Of a stretch of 64,000 bases of DNA, positions 1-10,004 are shown one piece after another. A program made the translations under genes and the position numbers. Source of the stretch: Myxococcales bacterium. GTDB taxonomy: Bacteria; Myxococcota_A; Polyangia; Haliangiales; Haliangiaceae. The notes beneath the pieces were generated by a model. It was given only the letters and a program-made list of their open reading frames with translations, was not told where the DNA came from and made no database searches. Numbering within the stretch: the first letter of the stretch is position 1; the number at the start of each line of letters is the position of its first letter. The stretch spans positions 10,622 through 74,621 of the forward strand of contig WYBA01000414.1 in the NCBI GenBank assembly GCA_011526095.1, given 5' to 3'.

Positions 1-519
1 AGCGACGCGCCGATGCCGAACGCGGTGCAGTTGAGCGCCTCGGAGATACCCTCGGCGAGGACGGTGGCCTTGTTACCACCCTCCTCGGAGCCGACGGAGC
101 CGAACGCCTTGATCATGCCGGTGATGGTGCCGAGGAGGCCGGCCATGACGACGAAGTTCGCGAGCATCGCGAGGTACGGGGTGCGGGCGTTGACCTTCGG
201 CAGCTCGCGGAGCGCGGCCTCGTCCATCGCGGCCTGGACCTCGTCGTCGCTCTTGTTGAACTTCATCAGGCCCGCCTGGACGATGCGGGTCATCGGGGTC
301 GGGTTGCCCGAGCACACCTTGATCGCGCCCTGGACGTTGCCGCTCATCACCTGGCTCTTGAGGAGCGCGAGGAGCTTGTCCTTGTCGACGCTCGCCTTGA
401 ACAGGTAGACCGAGCGCTCGACGATGATGCCGACGGTGAACATGAGGCCGATGAGGATGGGCCACATGCCCCATCCGCCCTTGTCGAACGCAGTCGAGAT
501 TGTGGTGACGATGCCCATG
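1..519 (-). CDS. MotA/TolQ/ExbB-family proton-channel protein (partial; 3' end runs off the window)
   Basis: Own translation of the minus strand from ATG 517-519: MGIVTTISTAFDKGGWGMWPILIGLMFTVGIIVERSVYLF...LAMLANFVVMAGLLGTITGMIKAFG...EGISEALNCTAFGI. This shows the TM pattern and the GLLGT..GMI..F signature of ExbB/TolQ. GGAGGA lies 7 nt upstream. Absent from the ORF track because there is no stop inside the window. Confidence 0.8.
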
Positions 520-819
520 TCCGTTTCCTCCGAGAAGACGAGAGCCGGCGCGGGCTGATGTCCGCGCACGATGGGGGGTGGTTCTGAACGCCGCTTGTGC
601 AAGACAGGATCCACGCGCTCAACTGCTGGAGATCGTGGGTGAGCGTGGGCCCGACACCACCGCGCGACCCACGATCGTCGCGGGGCATAGCGCGACGGTC
701 CGTGGCGAAATGCCCCATGCAACATCGTGCGTAGACCCCCGAGATTCCGACGCAACTCCGACGCAACTGGCAGTGGCGCGGCGGGTCCTCCTCGGTGACA
801 CTGACGAGGCCCCGCACGC

Positions 820-1377
820 ATGCGCATCCATCGCTTCCTCAGCCTGACCGACCTCGTCGTCTTCGCGGTCGTCGCCGTCGCGCTGTTCCTGCCGCGCCGC
901 CCGCTCGAGGTCCTCGACGCCTACACGATCGAGCCCGAGGTCCGCGCGGACCTCGGCGCGGCCGAGGCGCGCGCCGTCCTCCACCCCGATGACCCGATGG
1001 TCGCGGCCGAGGCGACGCGGCAGCTGGTCCGCGGCGGCCAGCTCGACTGGGCCGTCGAGCGCTCGCGGGACGCGGCGGCGCTGGCCGCGCCGGCCCACCG
1101 CTGGCGCGCGCTGCTCGCGGTGTCCGAGGCGTACATCGATCGGGTGCAGGTGACGCAGGCGCACGAGTGGGCGCAGCAGGCGGTCGCCGCGTGCAAGGCC
1201 GACGGCGCCGTGTGCCCGGCGTGGGAGCTGCTCAAGCTCGAGCTGTACGAGCGCTATCTCGGCGCCGGCGTGCGGTCGGGCATCAACCCGCGCAACGACC
1301 CCGACGGGTTCGAGGAGGCGGCCGGCGCCGCGCTCCACACCGTCGACATCCGGGGAACGATCCCGGGTGCGCCGTAG
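820..1377 (+). CDS. hypothetical membrane-anchored protein (185 aa)
   Basis: ATG start, N-terminal hydrophobic helix LSLTDLVVFAVVAVALFL, GC3-rich codons, 11-nt overlap with the next gene. No family recognised. Confidence 0.5.
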   Translation: MRIHRFLSLTDLVVFAVVAVALFLPRRPLEVLDAYTIEPEVRADLGAAEARAVLHPDDPMVAAEATRQLVRGGQLDWAVERSRDAAALAAPAHRWRALLAVSEAYIDRVQVTQAHEWAQQAVAACKADGAVCPAWELLKLELYERYLGAGVRSGINPRNDPDGFEEAAGAALHTVDIRGTIPGAP

Positions 1378-2509
1378 CCGGCGCGCCGCCGCCGCGGCGA
1401 TCGCGCTGGTCGCCGGGTGCGTCCCGCCGACCGCCCCGGCGCCGGTCGCGGCGCCGCCCGCGCCAGCCGCGACGACGCCCGCGCCGCCGCCCCCGCCGCC
1501 CCCGCCGCGGATCCCGACGCTGGTCGGCGTGCGCGGCGCCGGGGCCACGCTCGAGGTGGTCGAGCTCGACCCGACCTCCCCGAGCTCCGACGACGCGCCG
1601 CGCGTGCTGCACACGCTCACCGGGGCGAAGGCGTCGCCGGTGGTGTTCGACGTCGCCGTCGACGCCGCGACCGGCCGCTACGCGATCGCGGCGCTGACCG
1701 AGGCGGTCGACGGCGCGCGCTCGCCGGCGCGCCGCGACGTCACGACGCTGGTGCTCGGCGACCTCGACGACGGCCCGATCGCGACGCGGTCGGGCGACGC
1801 GACGTGCGTCCAGCACCGCTGCTTCGAGACCACGCTGTGGCTGGCCGACGGCGGCGACGCGGTGGTCACCGCGACGCGGCGGGCCAAGGGCGCCGAGCTG
1901 GTGCGCTACGCGTTCGCCGCCGGCGACGCGCCGGACACGATCACCGACGACATCGACGGCTACCCGCGCGGCGGCGCCGTCGCCCCGGCGATCGCGCGCG
2001 ACCTGCGCCAGCTCGCGTACGTCCACGAGGGCCGGCTGTACGTCGCCGAGCTGGCGACGGGCCGCGCCGCCCGGCTCGACGTCGAGGTGATCGGCGACGC
2101 GCCGGCGCTCGCGCTCGCCGACGACCGGGTCATCTGGTGGACGCGCCACGCCGACGGCCCGCGCGTCGCGTGGCTGCGCCGCGGTGACGCGGCCCCGCGC
2201 GAGGTCCGGCTCGACGCCGACGGTGACCGCGCCCCGCCGCTGCTGGTCCGCGGCGGGCGCGACACGCTGATCACGCTCGACGGTAGGCGCGCCGTGGCGA
2301 TCGCGCTCGCCGACGGCGACGCCCGCGGCGTCCACGACGGGGTGAGCGAGCTCCACGACGTGTCGGCCGACGGTCGGTGGCTCGCCGTGACCGAGCGCAC
2401 CGGCGACGACGCCGCGATCGTCATCGTCGACCTCGTCGACGGCGGCGTCGCGGCGCGGCGCCCGCTCGCGCCGCGCGAGCGCCTGACCCGCCTGCGCTTC
2501 GCCCCGTGA
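1367..2509 (+). CDS. hypothetical lipoprotein (380 aa)
   Basis: GTG start, lipobox LVAGC, Pro/Ala-rich linker (PPPPPPPPR), then a beta-rich body. No family recognised. Confidence 0.6.
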   Translation: MRRSRRAAAAAIALVAGCVPPTAPAPVAAPPAPAATTPAPPPPPPPPRIPTLVGVRGAGATLEVVELDPTSPSSDDAPRVLHTLTGAKASPVVFDVAVDAATGRYAIAALTEAVDGARSPARRDVTTLVLGDLDDGPIATRSGDATCVQHRCFETTLWLADGGDAVVTATRRAKGAELVRYAFAAGDAPDTITDDIDGYPRGGAVAPAIARDLRQLAYVHEGRLYVAELATGRAARLDVEVIGDAPALALADDRVIWWTRHADGPRVAWLRRGDAAPREVRLDADGDRAPPLLVRGGRDTLITLDGRRAVAIALADGDARGVHDGVSELHDVSADGRWLAVTERTGDDAAIVIVDLVDGGVAARRPLAPRERLTRLRFAP

Positions 2510-2577
2510 GCCGAGCGAAGCGAGGCGACCTCCGTACAGGCGCCGCGAGCCCGTCTTCGGGCGAGCCAGCCGATCGA

Positions 2578-2612
2578 CAGAGCCTGTGAGGCTGAAAGCC
2601 TCACGGGCTCTG
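2578..2612 (+). terminator. 15-bp stem hairpin downstream of the lipoprotein gene (terminator-like, no U-tract)
   Basis: CAGAGCCUGUGAGGC-UGAAA-GCCUCACGGGCUCUG read directly. No T-run follows, so function is uncertain. Confidence 0.35.
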
Positions 2613-2659
2613 CGCGCGCGCGCGCCGCGGGCGGGGCGGCGACGGCGGCGGTTTCGGGC

Positions 2660-2665
2660 TATCCT
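2660..2665 (+). promoter_or_regulatory. -10-like hexamer TATCCT 6 nt upstream of GTG 2672 (leaderless candidate)
   Basis: Sequence gggcTATCCTcgccacGTG. No Shine-Dalgarno between hexamer and start. Confidence 0.3.
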
Positions 2666-2671
2666 CGCCAC

Positions 2672-3787
2672 GTGCAGTCACGACGACTCGTGCGCCTCGG
2701 CGTCGCCGCCGCGCTCGCCGTGAGCGCCCCAGGGGCCGCGGTCGCCACGCTCGGCGCGTCCGCCGGGTGCGGGCCGGGCGCGCGCCCCGCGCCGCGCACG
2801 CGCCTCACCGTCAAGCAGATCGTCGAGCGGTCCAAGCCGGCGATCGTCCGCGTCGAGGTCGGCCGCGACCGCGTCGGCACCGGGTTCGCGGTCTCGCCCG
2901 ACGGGCTGATCGCGACCAACCTGCACGTCGTCGCCGGCGCGACCGAGATCAGCGTCCGCATGCTCGACGGCGCGACCTACGCGGTCGCGCGGATCGCCGC
3001 GTACGATCCGTCGCGCGACCTCGCGCTGCTCGACATCGACCCGGGCGCGCCGATCCCGTCGCTGACGCTGGGCGACAGCGACAAGGTCGCCGCCGGCGAC
3101 CCGGTGATCGCGATCGGCAACCCGCTCGGCGTCCTCGACTACACGGTGTCGGACGGGCTGATCAGCTCGGTGCGCGTCGTCTCGACCGAGCCGCCCGAGC
3201 TGACGCTGCTGCAGATCTCCGCGCCGATCTCGCAGGGCTCGAGCGGCGGCCCGCTGTTCAACCCGTTCGGCGAGGTGATCGGCGTGTCGACGGCGATCTT
3301 CACCGGCGGCCAGAACCTCAACTTCGGCGTGCCGTCGAAGTACGTCGCGGCGCTGCTCGCGCAGCCCGCGCCGATGTCGCTCGAGGAGTTCGCCGCGGCG
3401 ACGCCGCTCGGTCCGCCGGCCCCCGACGCCGAGGTCACGATCACCCGCCAGGTGCCGATCCACGACCTGGCGGTGCTCGACGGCTGCGACGCGGCGCAGA
3501 TGGCCGAGGTCGCGCAGGGCATCTCCGAGGCGATCTCGGTCGGCGCGCCGCTGTACAACGCGGGCAACCACGAGGCGTGCTTCCGCGTGTACGAGGGCAC
3601 GTCGATGCGGCTCGAGCAGGGCGCGGCGTGCGCCGGCGTGCGCGCCGCGTTCACCTCCGGCCTGACCCGCGCCGCGACGCTGACGACGTTCAAGGAGAAG
3701 GCGTGGGCGCTGCGCGACACGTTCGACGGCCTGCTCGACGTGATCCTGCGCAAGGCCCGCGCCGACGGCCTGGCGCCGCCGGAGTGA
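2672..3787 (+). CDS. trypsin-like (S1C/HtrA-like) serine protease without PDZ, with a Cys-containing C-terminal domain
   Basis: Signal/lipobox-like N-terminus (GASAGC). Catalytic triad contexts [21 protein letters not shown]. The C-terminal ~110 aa ([17 protein letters not shown]...) is unassigned. Confidence 0.85.
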   Translation: MQSRRLVRLGVAAALAVSAPGAAVATLGASAGCGPGARPAPRTRLTVKQIVERSKPAIVRVEVGRDRVGTGFAVSPDGLIATNLHVVAGATEISVRMLDGATYAVARIAAYDPSRDLALLDIDPGAPIPSLTLGDSDKVAAGDPVIAIGNPLGVLDYTVSDGLISSVRVVSTEPPELTLLQISAPISQGSSGGPLFNPFGEVIGVSTAIFTGGQNLNFGVPSKYVAALLAQPAPMSLEEFAAATPLGPPAPDAEVTITRQVPIHDLAVLDGCDAAQMAEVAQGISEAISVGAPLYNAGNHEACFRVYEGTSMRLEQGAACAGVRAAFTSGLTRAATLTTFKEKAWALRDTFDGLLDVILRKARADGLAPPE

Positions 3788-3818
3788 GGCGCGAGCGGTC
3801 GCGACGAGCGAGCGAGAG

Positions 3819-4514
3819 ATGACGACGACGTCCGTGCTGTACCTGTTCGACATCGACGGCACGCTGCTGCGCGCGCACGGCGCCGGCGCGCGCTCGCTCG
3901 ACGCGGTGTTCGCGGCGCGGTGGGGCGTCACCGGCGCGATGCGCGGGATCGACGCCGGCGGGCGCACCGACCCGTGGCTGGTCGACCAGGTGTTCGTCCA
4001 GCGCCTCGGCCGCCACGCCACCGCCGCCGAGATCGACGAGATCCTCGCCGCCTACGTCCCGGCGCTCGCGCGCGAGCTCGAGGCGTCGTCGACGCTGCGC
4101 GTGCTGCCCCACGTCCCCGACGTGCTCGACGCGCTGGCCCGGCGCGACGACGTCCACGTCGGCCTGGCGACCGGCAACATCGAGGCGGGCGCGCGGGTCA
4201 AGCTCGGCGCCGCCGGCCTGCTCGACCGGTTCGCGTTCGGCGGCTACGGCTGCGACAGCGCCGACCGCGCGGCGCTGGTCGCGCGCGCGATCGAGCGCGG
4301 CGAGGCTCGCGCCGGCGCGCCGTGCCCGCGCGAGCGGGTGGTCGTCGTCGGCGACACGGTCCACGACATCGCCGCGGCGCGCGCCTGCGGCGTCCGCGTC
4401 GTCGCGGTCGCGACCGGCTGGACCTCGCTCGAGACGCTCGAGGCGGCCGGCGCCGACGCCGTCATGCCCGACCTGTCGACGCTGCCCGACTGGCACGCCG
4501 CGACGCTGGCGTGA
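3819..4514 (+). CDS. HAD-superfamily hydrolase (phosphoglycolate-phosphatase-like)
   Basis: Motif I LFDIDGTLL and motif IV VVVGDTVHDIAAA. 231 aa. Confidence 0.8.
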   Translation: MTTTSVLYLFDIDGTLLRAHGAGARSLDAVFAARWGVTGAMRGIDAGGRTDPWLVDQVFVQRLGRHATAAEIDEILAAYVPALARELEASSTLRVLPHVPDVLDALARRDDVHVGLATGNIEAGARVKLGAAGLLDRFAFGGYGCDSADRAALVARAIERGEARAGAPCPRERVVVVGDTVHDIAAARACGVRVVAVATGWTSLETLEAAGADAVMPDLSTLPDWHAATLA

Positions 4515-4538
4515 CGCCCGCGCCGCGCCCGCCGGCGC

Positions 4539-6563
4539 TCACCACAGCACGACGGGGAGCACCGCCACGGTCGCGACCCGCTCGCGGCTGACCAGCACGA
4601 GCTGCTCGAGCGTGCGCGCGACGACGCGCGCGACCTCGGGCGAGAGCTGGCCGAGCAGCGCCGCGACGGCCGCCGGCGCCGCGAGGTCGCCGGGCGCGGT
4701 CAGGCCCGCGAGCGCCGACAGCGGGCCGAGCGCGGACACGCCGCCGAAGCTCGACACGAAGTCGCGCAAGGTCGGCGACGCCGGGTAGACCTCGAGCACG
4801 GTGGTGTCCGGAGACAGCTTGGCCAGCCCGTACGCCTCGACGAGCGCGGCGTCGAGCCCGCCGAGCTCGTCGACCAGCCCGAGCCGCTTGGCCTCGGCGC
4901 CGGTCCACACGCGCCCCTGGGCGATCTTGCGCACCTCGGCGACGTCCTTCTTGCGGCCGGCGGCGACGCGCGCCACGAACGTGTCGTAGACCTGCGTCAT
5001 CGTCGCCTGGACCGCGGCCTTCTCGTCGGCGCTCCACGGCTCCATCGACGCCATCATCGTCGCGCGGCGGCCGCGCCCCATCGGGAACGTCTTGACGCCG
5101 ACCTTGGCCAGCGCGCCGCCGGGCGCGAGCTTGCCACCGACGACGCCGATCGATCCGGTCAGCGTGTCGGGCTGGGCGTAGATCTTGGTGGCGCTCGCCG
5201 CGATGTAGTAGCCGCCGGAGGCGGCGACGTCGCTCATCGACACGATCACCGGCTTCTTCGCCGCGAGCTTCTCGACCTCGACGTGGATCAGCTCGGACGC
5301 CAGCGCGCTGCCGCCGCCCGAGTCGATGCGCAGCACGACCGCCTTGACGTCGTCGTCGGCGGCGAGCGTGCGCAGCGCGGCGACGACGGTGTGCGACGCG
5401 ATCTCCTGGCGCGCGCCGATCGTCCCGCCGCCGCCGCCGTCGACGACGTCGCCGACCGCGTACATCAGCGCGACGTGCGGGCCGCTGACCCGTCCCGCCG
5501 GCATCGCGCCGATGAACCGCATCAGCTTGAACGCCGAGGCCATCGGGTCGTCCTTGGCCTCGACCGGCTCCTCGGTCCACTCGGCGCCCGCGACGGCGGC
5601 GTCGCGGAACGCCTCGAACGGCGCGACCTCGTCGGCGAGCTTCGCCGCGACCGCGCGCTCGGCCGGGAACAGCGCCTCGTCGATCAGGTCCTTGACCTGC
5701 GCCGGCGACAGCCCGCGCGCCGTCGCGATCGTGTCGACCATCGTCGCGTACGCGCCGTCGAGGATGCCGCCGAGGGTCTCGCGCATCTCGGCCGACGGCT
5801 CGTCGCGGGTCAGCGGCTCGGCCGCGCCCTTGTACGCGCCGACGTGGAGGAAGTCGGCGGTGACGCCGACCTTGTCGAGCAGGCCCTTGAGGTGGATCGG
5901 CATCGCCGCCGGTCCGGACACGACGAGCTCGCCCAGCGGCGCGACGCCGATCCGGTCGCACGCGGTGAGCACGAGGTACGCGGCGTTGGACGCGACCTCG
6001 GCGTGGCACGCCAGCCGCTTGCCCGCGGCGCGCACGTCGGCGAGCGCCGCGCGCAGCTCCATCGCGTCGGGCAACGAGACGGCGAGCCCGTCGACGCGCA
6101 GCAGCACGCCGGTGACGTGGGCGTCGGCCGCGAGCGCGCGCAGCCGCGCGGTGAGCGGGCGCAGCTCGATCCCGGCCGGGGTATCGCCGCCGAGCAGCGT
6201 GCCGACCCCGCCGAAGTCGTAGCTCTCGACCTCGACGATCTGGCCGCCGAGCGACATCACCGCCCAGTGCGCGGCGTCGGGCTTGTAGCCGGGCGACGAC
6301 GCGGGCGCCTCGTACGGCCCGGGCTTCGACAGGTTCTCGCCGATCTTCTGGAGCATCTCCATCGGGTCGCCCATCGCGCCGAGGCCGCCCAGCCCACCCA
6401 GCCCGCCGCCGCCGGCGCCAGGATCGGCGGGCGCGGCCGCCGCGCCGGCCGAGCCCGAGCCGCTCGCGGTCCCGGCGGCCTTGCCGCCGTCATCGCCCTT
6501 GCACGCCGCGCCGAGCGCGAGCGCCAGCACCGGCATCGTGAGCCGGACGGTGAGCCTCGTCAT
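4539..6563 (-). CDS. sppA: signal peptide peptidase SppA, 67K type (S49)
   Basis: Lipobox LALGAAC. Two S49 halves. Motifs VAASGGYYIAASATKIYAQPDTLTGSIGVVGGK and LRIDSGGG. 674 aa. Confidence 0.85.
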   Translation of the reverse strand: MTRLTVRLTMPVLALALGAACKGDDGGKAAGTASGSGSAGAAAAPADPGAGGGGLGGLGGLGAMGDPMEMLQKIGENLSKPGPYEAPASSPGYKPDAAHWAVMSLGGQIVEVESYDFGGVGTLLGGDTPAGIELRPLTARLRALAADAHVTGVLLRVDGLAVSLPDAMELRAALADVRAAGKRLACHAEVASNAAYLVLTACDRIGVAPLGELVVSGPAAMPIHLKGLLDKVGVTADFLHVGAYKGAAEPLTRDEPSAEMRETLGGILDGAYATMVDTIATARGLSPAQVKDLIDEALFPAERAVAAKLADEVAPFEAFRDAAVAGAEWTEEPVEAKDDPMASAFKLMRFIGAMPAGRVSGPHVALMYAVGDVVDGGGGGTIGARQEIASHTVVAALRTLAADDDVKAVVLRIDSGGGSALASELIHVEVEKLAAKKPVIVSMSDVAASGGYYIAASATKIYAQPDTLTGSIGVVGGKLAPGGALAKVGVKTFPMGRGRRATMMASMEPWSADEKAAVQATMTQVYDTFVARVAAGRKKDVAEVRKIAQGRVWTGAEAKRLGLVDELGGLDAALVEAYGLAKLSPDTTVLEVYPASPTLRDFVSSFGGVSALGPLSALAGLTAPGDLAAPAAVAALLGQLSPEVARVVARTLEQLVLVSRERVATVAVLPVVLW

Positions 6564-6650
6564 CGCAGTCCTCCTCGACCGGCCATGCAGCGGCCGGACA
6601 GACTTCTAACCGGCGCCGCGGCGCGCGTCATCCTGGGAGGCAGCGCGACA

Positions 6651-9425
6651 TCACTCCGAGGGCGCTGGCTCCTCGCCGCCGCCCGTGTCGCCGCCGCCGC
6701 CCGTGTCACCGCCGCCCGTGTCGCCGCCGCCGCCACCCGTGTCGCCACCGCCCGTATCTCCGCCACCCGTGTCGCCGCCGCCCGTGTCGCCGCCGCCCGT
6801 GTCGCCGCCGCCCGTGTCGCCGCCGCCCGTGTCGCCGCCGCCGTCGTCGACCGAGCCGCCGAGCCTCTGGATCTGCTTGATCGCCTTCTGCGTGCCCGGG
6901 TAGACGGCGAGGTAGGCCTTGTAGGCCTCGATCGCCTTGTCCTTGAGCCCCTGCTGCTGGTACGCCTCCGCCACGCCCCACAGCGCCGGCTCGTACTTGC
7001 GGGACACGCCCAGCGCCGTGCGAAACATCGAGTGGGCGCTGGAGAACTGCTTGGCGTCGATGTGGCAGTAGCCGGCGCCGGTGAGCGCGGCGACGCCGCC
7101 CGGGTTGAGCGCGAGCGCCTTCTGGTAGTAGGGCATCGCCTGGCCGCAGTCGTGCTCCGCCAGCTTGTCGGCCTTGGCGAGCAGCTTGTCGTAGTCGTCC
7201 GCATCGCCGCCGCCGCCGCCGGTGCCACCGCCACCGCCGGTGCCGGGGCTCGTCCCGGTCCCGGGAGAGGCGCCCGCGCCCGTCGCCGTGCCCGCGCCGT
7301 CGCCATCGCCATCGCCATCCTCCGGCGGCATCGGATCGTCGACCGCGACGGCCTCGCGCAGCTTCGCGAGCATCGCGATCGCGCCGCCGTGATCCGGCGC
7401 GACCCCGAGCACGGCCTCGGCCGCGGCCTGCGCGCCCGGCGCGTCGCCCGCGTCGAGCGCGATCCGCGCGAGCAGCCAGCGCGGCCGCACGTCGCCGCTG
7501 CGCTCGAGCACGCCGTCGCCGCGCTCGAGCTCGAGCAGCGTCGCCTTCGCCTCGGCGGGGCGCTTGTCGCGGAGCTGCACCATCGCCCGCACCAGCCGCG
7601 CCTCGCGATCACCGGCGGACAGCTCGAGCGCGCGCGCCAGGTACTTCTCGATGTCCGACGCCTTCTTCTTCTGCAGGCGCAGCACGTCGGCCATCGCGAC
7701 CTGCGCCAGCGGCTCGTCGGCCTGCTTCTTGAGCGCCTGCTGCGCCAGCTTGGCCGCCTCGACCACCTTCTGCGCGGCCGCCTTGCGCGGCACCGCCGCG
7801 GCCGTGGCCGGGCCGAGCGCGGCCTCGTCCTCGAGCTGCTGCGCCGCGGCGGTGAGCAGCCGCGCGCGCAGCGCCAGCGCCGCGGCGCTCTGGTCGCCGC
7901 CGGCGAGCGCCTCGGCCGCGGCCTCGACGCGCGTCCGGGTATCGGACAGCAGCTCGGCGCGCGCCGCGGCGAGCGGGTCGTCGGTGACCGGATCTGGATC
8001 GGGATCGGGCGTCGCCGTGCCGGCGCCGGCACCGGCGTCGCCCGCCACGGCTACGGCGCCGGCGTCCGACGACGCCGCGCCGCCCTTCGGCGCCGCCGCC
8101 CCGCCCTGGTCCCGCAGCACCGTCCAGTAGATCGCGAACGCCGCGCCGGCGATCAGCACCAGCGAGCCGACCGCGATCCACTTGCCGACGCCGCCGCCCT
8201 GGCGCGCCGGGACCACCGGCTCGTCGTCATCGAGCACCAGCGGCGGCGGCTGGGACAGCGCCGGCGCGCGGCCGCCGAGCGACGACGCGAACGCGACGTC
8301 GTGCGTCGGGATCGGCCGGATCGCGCCGCCGAACCCGGGCTCGTCGGCGCCGACCGGGCGCACCGCGCCACCGAAGGAGCCGGTGCCGTCGCCGCCGGTG
8401 AGCGGCTTGATGTCGTCGGTCGCCCACGCGCCGGTCTGCTTGGCGGCCCCGGGGATCGCCGCGCTCGGGGCGCTCGGGGCGCCGTGCCCGGCGACCGGGA
8501 TGCCAGCCACCGGCCCCGACGAGCCGCTCGACGGCCGCGCCGGCACCGGCGGCGGCGCCGACGGCAGGGCGGTCGGACGCGACGGCGTCGCGGTCGCGGG
8601 GGACCGCGGCGCCGACGGCAGGATCGGGACGATCGGCCCCGGCGGTGGCGACACCGCGGGCAGCGGCGTCGTCACCGCGGCCGGCGGCGGCGCCGGCTTC
8701 GACGGGCGCGTCGCCGGACGCACCGGCGTGTCGTCATTCGCCGGCGCCGGCGCGGACGCGCCACCCAGGATCGGATCCGACGGGCCGGTGGCGCGCGCCA
8801 GCGCCTTCGGCGGCGGCGGCGGCTGGGTCGCCGGACGGCGCGGCGGCGCGGCCGGCGGCGGCGCGCCGGCGGCGAGCATCGTCTGCTTGACCTCGGGCGG
8901 CGCGACCGGCGGCAGCCTCGGCTTCGGCGCGGGCTGCCCGTGCAGGCCCTGCTGCCCTGGCGACGTCGAGCGGCGCTCGCGCGCCTCGTCGGCGACGTCG
9001 AAGAACTGCGCCAGCTCGGGGATGTCGCCGAGCTGCTTCCACGTCTTGCCGGTGCGCGAGATCATCGAGTCGCGCGTCACCGCGCCCGACAGGATCCACT
9101 GCTGCAGCGTCGCGAGCTCACGGCAGGTGCGCTGCTCGCCGCTGGCGAGGCGGACGATCCACTGCCGCTCGCCTGTGGGGCCGGAGCCCGGGCCGCCGGT
9201 CTGCGTCGACGCACGCGGCACGCCGCTCGACGCCGCGCCGCCGCCCGGCGCCGCGCCCGACGGCGCGGGCGCTGCGACCGCGGGCACGCCGAGGTTGGTC
9301 TGCGCCCGCTTGCGGATCTTGAACATGTGCCCGCAGCTGGTGCACTTGACCGTCACCCCGCCCGGCTTGAGCCTCGACTCGTCGAGCTCGTACTCGGTCT
9401 GGCACTTTTCACAGCGGACGTCCAT
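6651..9425 (-). CDS. MJ0042-type zinc-ribbon / GYF-like / Pro-rich / TM / TPR-repeat protein with C-terminal GGGDT repeats (924 aa)
   Basis: N-terminus MDVRCEKCQTEYELDESRLKPGGVTVKCTSCGHMFKI (CxxC..CxxC). GYF_2-like WIVRLASGEQ...TWKQLGDIPEL. One TM (WIAVGSLVLIAGAAFAIYW). TPR-like helices (YYQKALALNP, AYQQQGLKDKAIEAYKAYL). Confidence 0.75.
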   Translation of the reverse strand: MDVRCEKCQTEYELDESRLKPGGVTVKCTSCGHMFKIRKRAQTNLGVPAVAAPAPSGAAPGGGAASSGVPRASTQTGGPGSGPTGERQWIVRLASGEQRTCRELATLQQWILSGAVTRDSMISRTGKTWKQLGDIPELAQFFDVADEARERRSTSPGQQGLHGQPAPKPRLPPVAPPEVKQTMLAAGAPPPAAPPRRPATQPPPPPKALARATGPSDPILGGASAPAPANDDTPVRPATRPSKPAPPPAAVTTPLPAVSPPPGPIVPILPSAPRSPATATPSRPTALPSAPPPVPARPSSGSSGPVAGIPVAGHGAPSAPSAAIPGAAKQTGAWATDDIKPLTGGDGTGSFGGAVRPVGADEPGFGGAIRPIPTHDVAFASSLGGRAPALSQPPPLVLDDDEPVVPARQGGGVGKWIAVGSLVLIAGAAFAIYWTVLRDQGGAAAPKGGAASSDAGAVAVAGDAGAGAGTATPDPDPDPVTDDPLAAARAELLSDTRTRVEAAAEALAGGDQSAAALALRARLLTAAAQQLEDEAALGPATAAAVPRKAAAQKVVEAAKLAQQALKKQADEPLAQVAMADVLRLQKKKASDIEKYLARALELSAGDREARLVRAMVQLRDKRPAEAKATLLELERGDGVLERSGDVRPRWLLARIALDAGDAPGAQAAAEAVLGVAPDHGGAIAMLAKLREAVAVDDPMPPEDGDGDGDGAGTATGAGASPGTGTSPGTGGGGGTGGGGGDADDYDKLLAKADKLAEHDCGQAMPYYQKALALNPGGVAALTGAGYCHIDAKQFSSAHSMFRTALGVSRKYEPALWGVAEAYQQQGLKDKAIEAYKAYLAVYPGTQKAIKQIQRLGGSVDDGGGDTGGGDTGGGDTGGGDTGGGDTGGGDTGGGDTGGGGGDTGGGDTGGGGDTGGGEEPAPSE
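6672..6848 (-). repeat. ~10 tandem 15-bp units (plus strand CCCGTGTCGCCGCCG) encoding (GGGDT)n at the C-terminus of the 924-aa protein
   Basis: Direct reading. In-frame coding repeat with small length variants (GGGGDT, GGGGGDT). Boundaries approximate. Confidence 0.8.
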
Positions 9426-9511
9426 CGGACCCTGATGTGGGTGGTAGCACGGCGGCCAAGTCGCCGAAAGGCCCGGGTCCTCGTTCGAACAGGCGCGGCG
9501 CGCGTCCCTGG

Positions 9512-9520
9512 TGATAGGAT
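9512..9520 (+). promoter_or_regulatory. extended -10-like TGATAGGAT 6 nt upstream of GTG 9527 (leaderless candidate)
   Basis: Sequence ggTGATAGGATcttcccGTG. No SD. Confidence 0.35.
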
Positions 9521-9526
9521 CTTCCC

Positions 9527-9907
9527 GTGAGCGGCGCCGACTCTCATCCCCACAAGCGCGACGCCGAGCGCGTCAAGGTCGAGGCGTTCGTCAAGGTGTC
9601 GGGCTCGGGGGAGCAGGAGTTCGTGTTCCGCACCCGCGACATCTCGCCGAGCGGCCTGTTCCTCTACACCCGCGTCGCCCACATCTATCCGTTCAAGATC
9701 GGCTCGACGCTGCAGCTCGAGCTCTACGACTACGACGAGTTCGTGACGTGCAAGGTGGTCGTCGTCCGCGTGGTCGAGCCCGGCAGCGCCGAGTCCGACC
9801 GTTACCCGACGGGCTTCGGCGTCCGGATCATCGAGTGCGACGACGGCAGCCGCTCGCGCCTCGCGACGATGGTCGAGCGCGCAAAGGCCGGCGGCGAGCT
9901 GTACTGA
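9527..9907 (+). CDS. PilZ-domain protein (c-di-GMP receptor)
   Basis: RxxxR (KRDAER) and DxSxxG (DISPSG) motifs at canonical spacing. 126 aa. Confidence 0.8.
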   Translation: MSGADSHPHKRDAERVKVEAFVKVSGSGEQEFVFRTRDISPSGLFLYTRVAHIYPFKIGSTLQLELYDYDEFVTCKVVVVRVVEPGSAESDRYPTGFGVRIIECDDGSRSRLATMVERAKAGGELY

Positions 9908-10004
9908 CGGTCACTCTTCCGGTAGGGTCCGCACCGTCGTCGACATCGAGGTCGACATCCTCCAGGAACGACGACGCTTTCGTCCGGGGAATCCCGTAGC
10001 GCAC

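Noticed and set aside
6672-6848. CRISPR-like appearance of regularly spaced repeats (also 15143..15247).
   Set aside because: The units are 15 bp and 9 bp, directly abutting with no spacers, and in frame within well-supported CDSs. They are coding low-complexity repeats, not CRISPR arrays.
5283-9530. 1415-aa plus-strand ORF, plus many other 100-500 aa ORFs here (e.g. 4462..6009, 6560..8032, 8182..9435).
   Set aside because: They lie antisense or out of frame to sppA and the zinc-ribbon/TPR gene. Their composition is dominated by Arg/Ala/Gly/Pro with no motifs. This is the typical stop-codon-poor shadow ORF of very GC-rich DNA.
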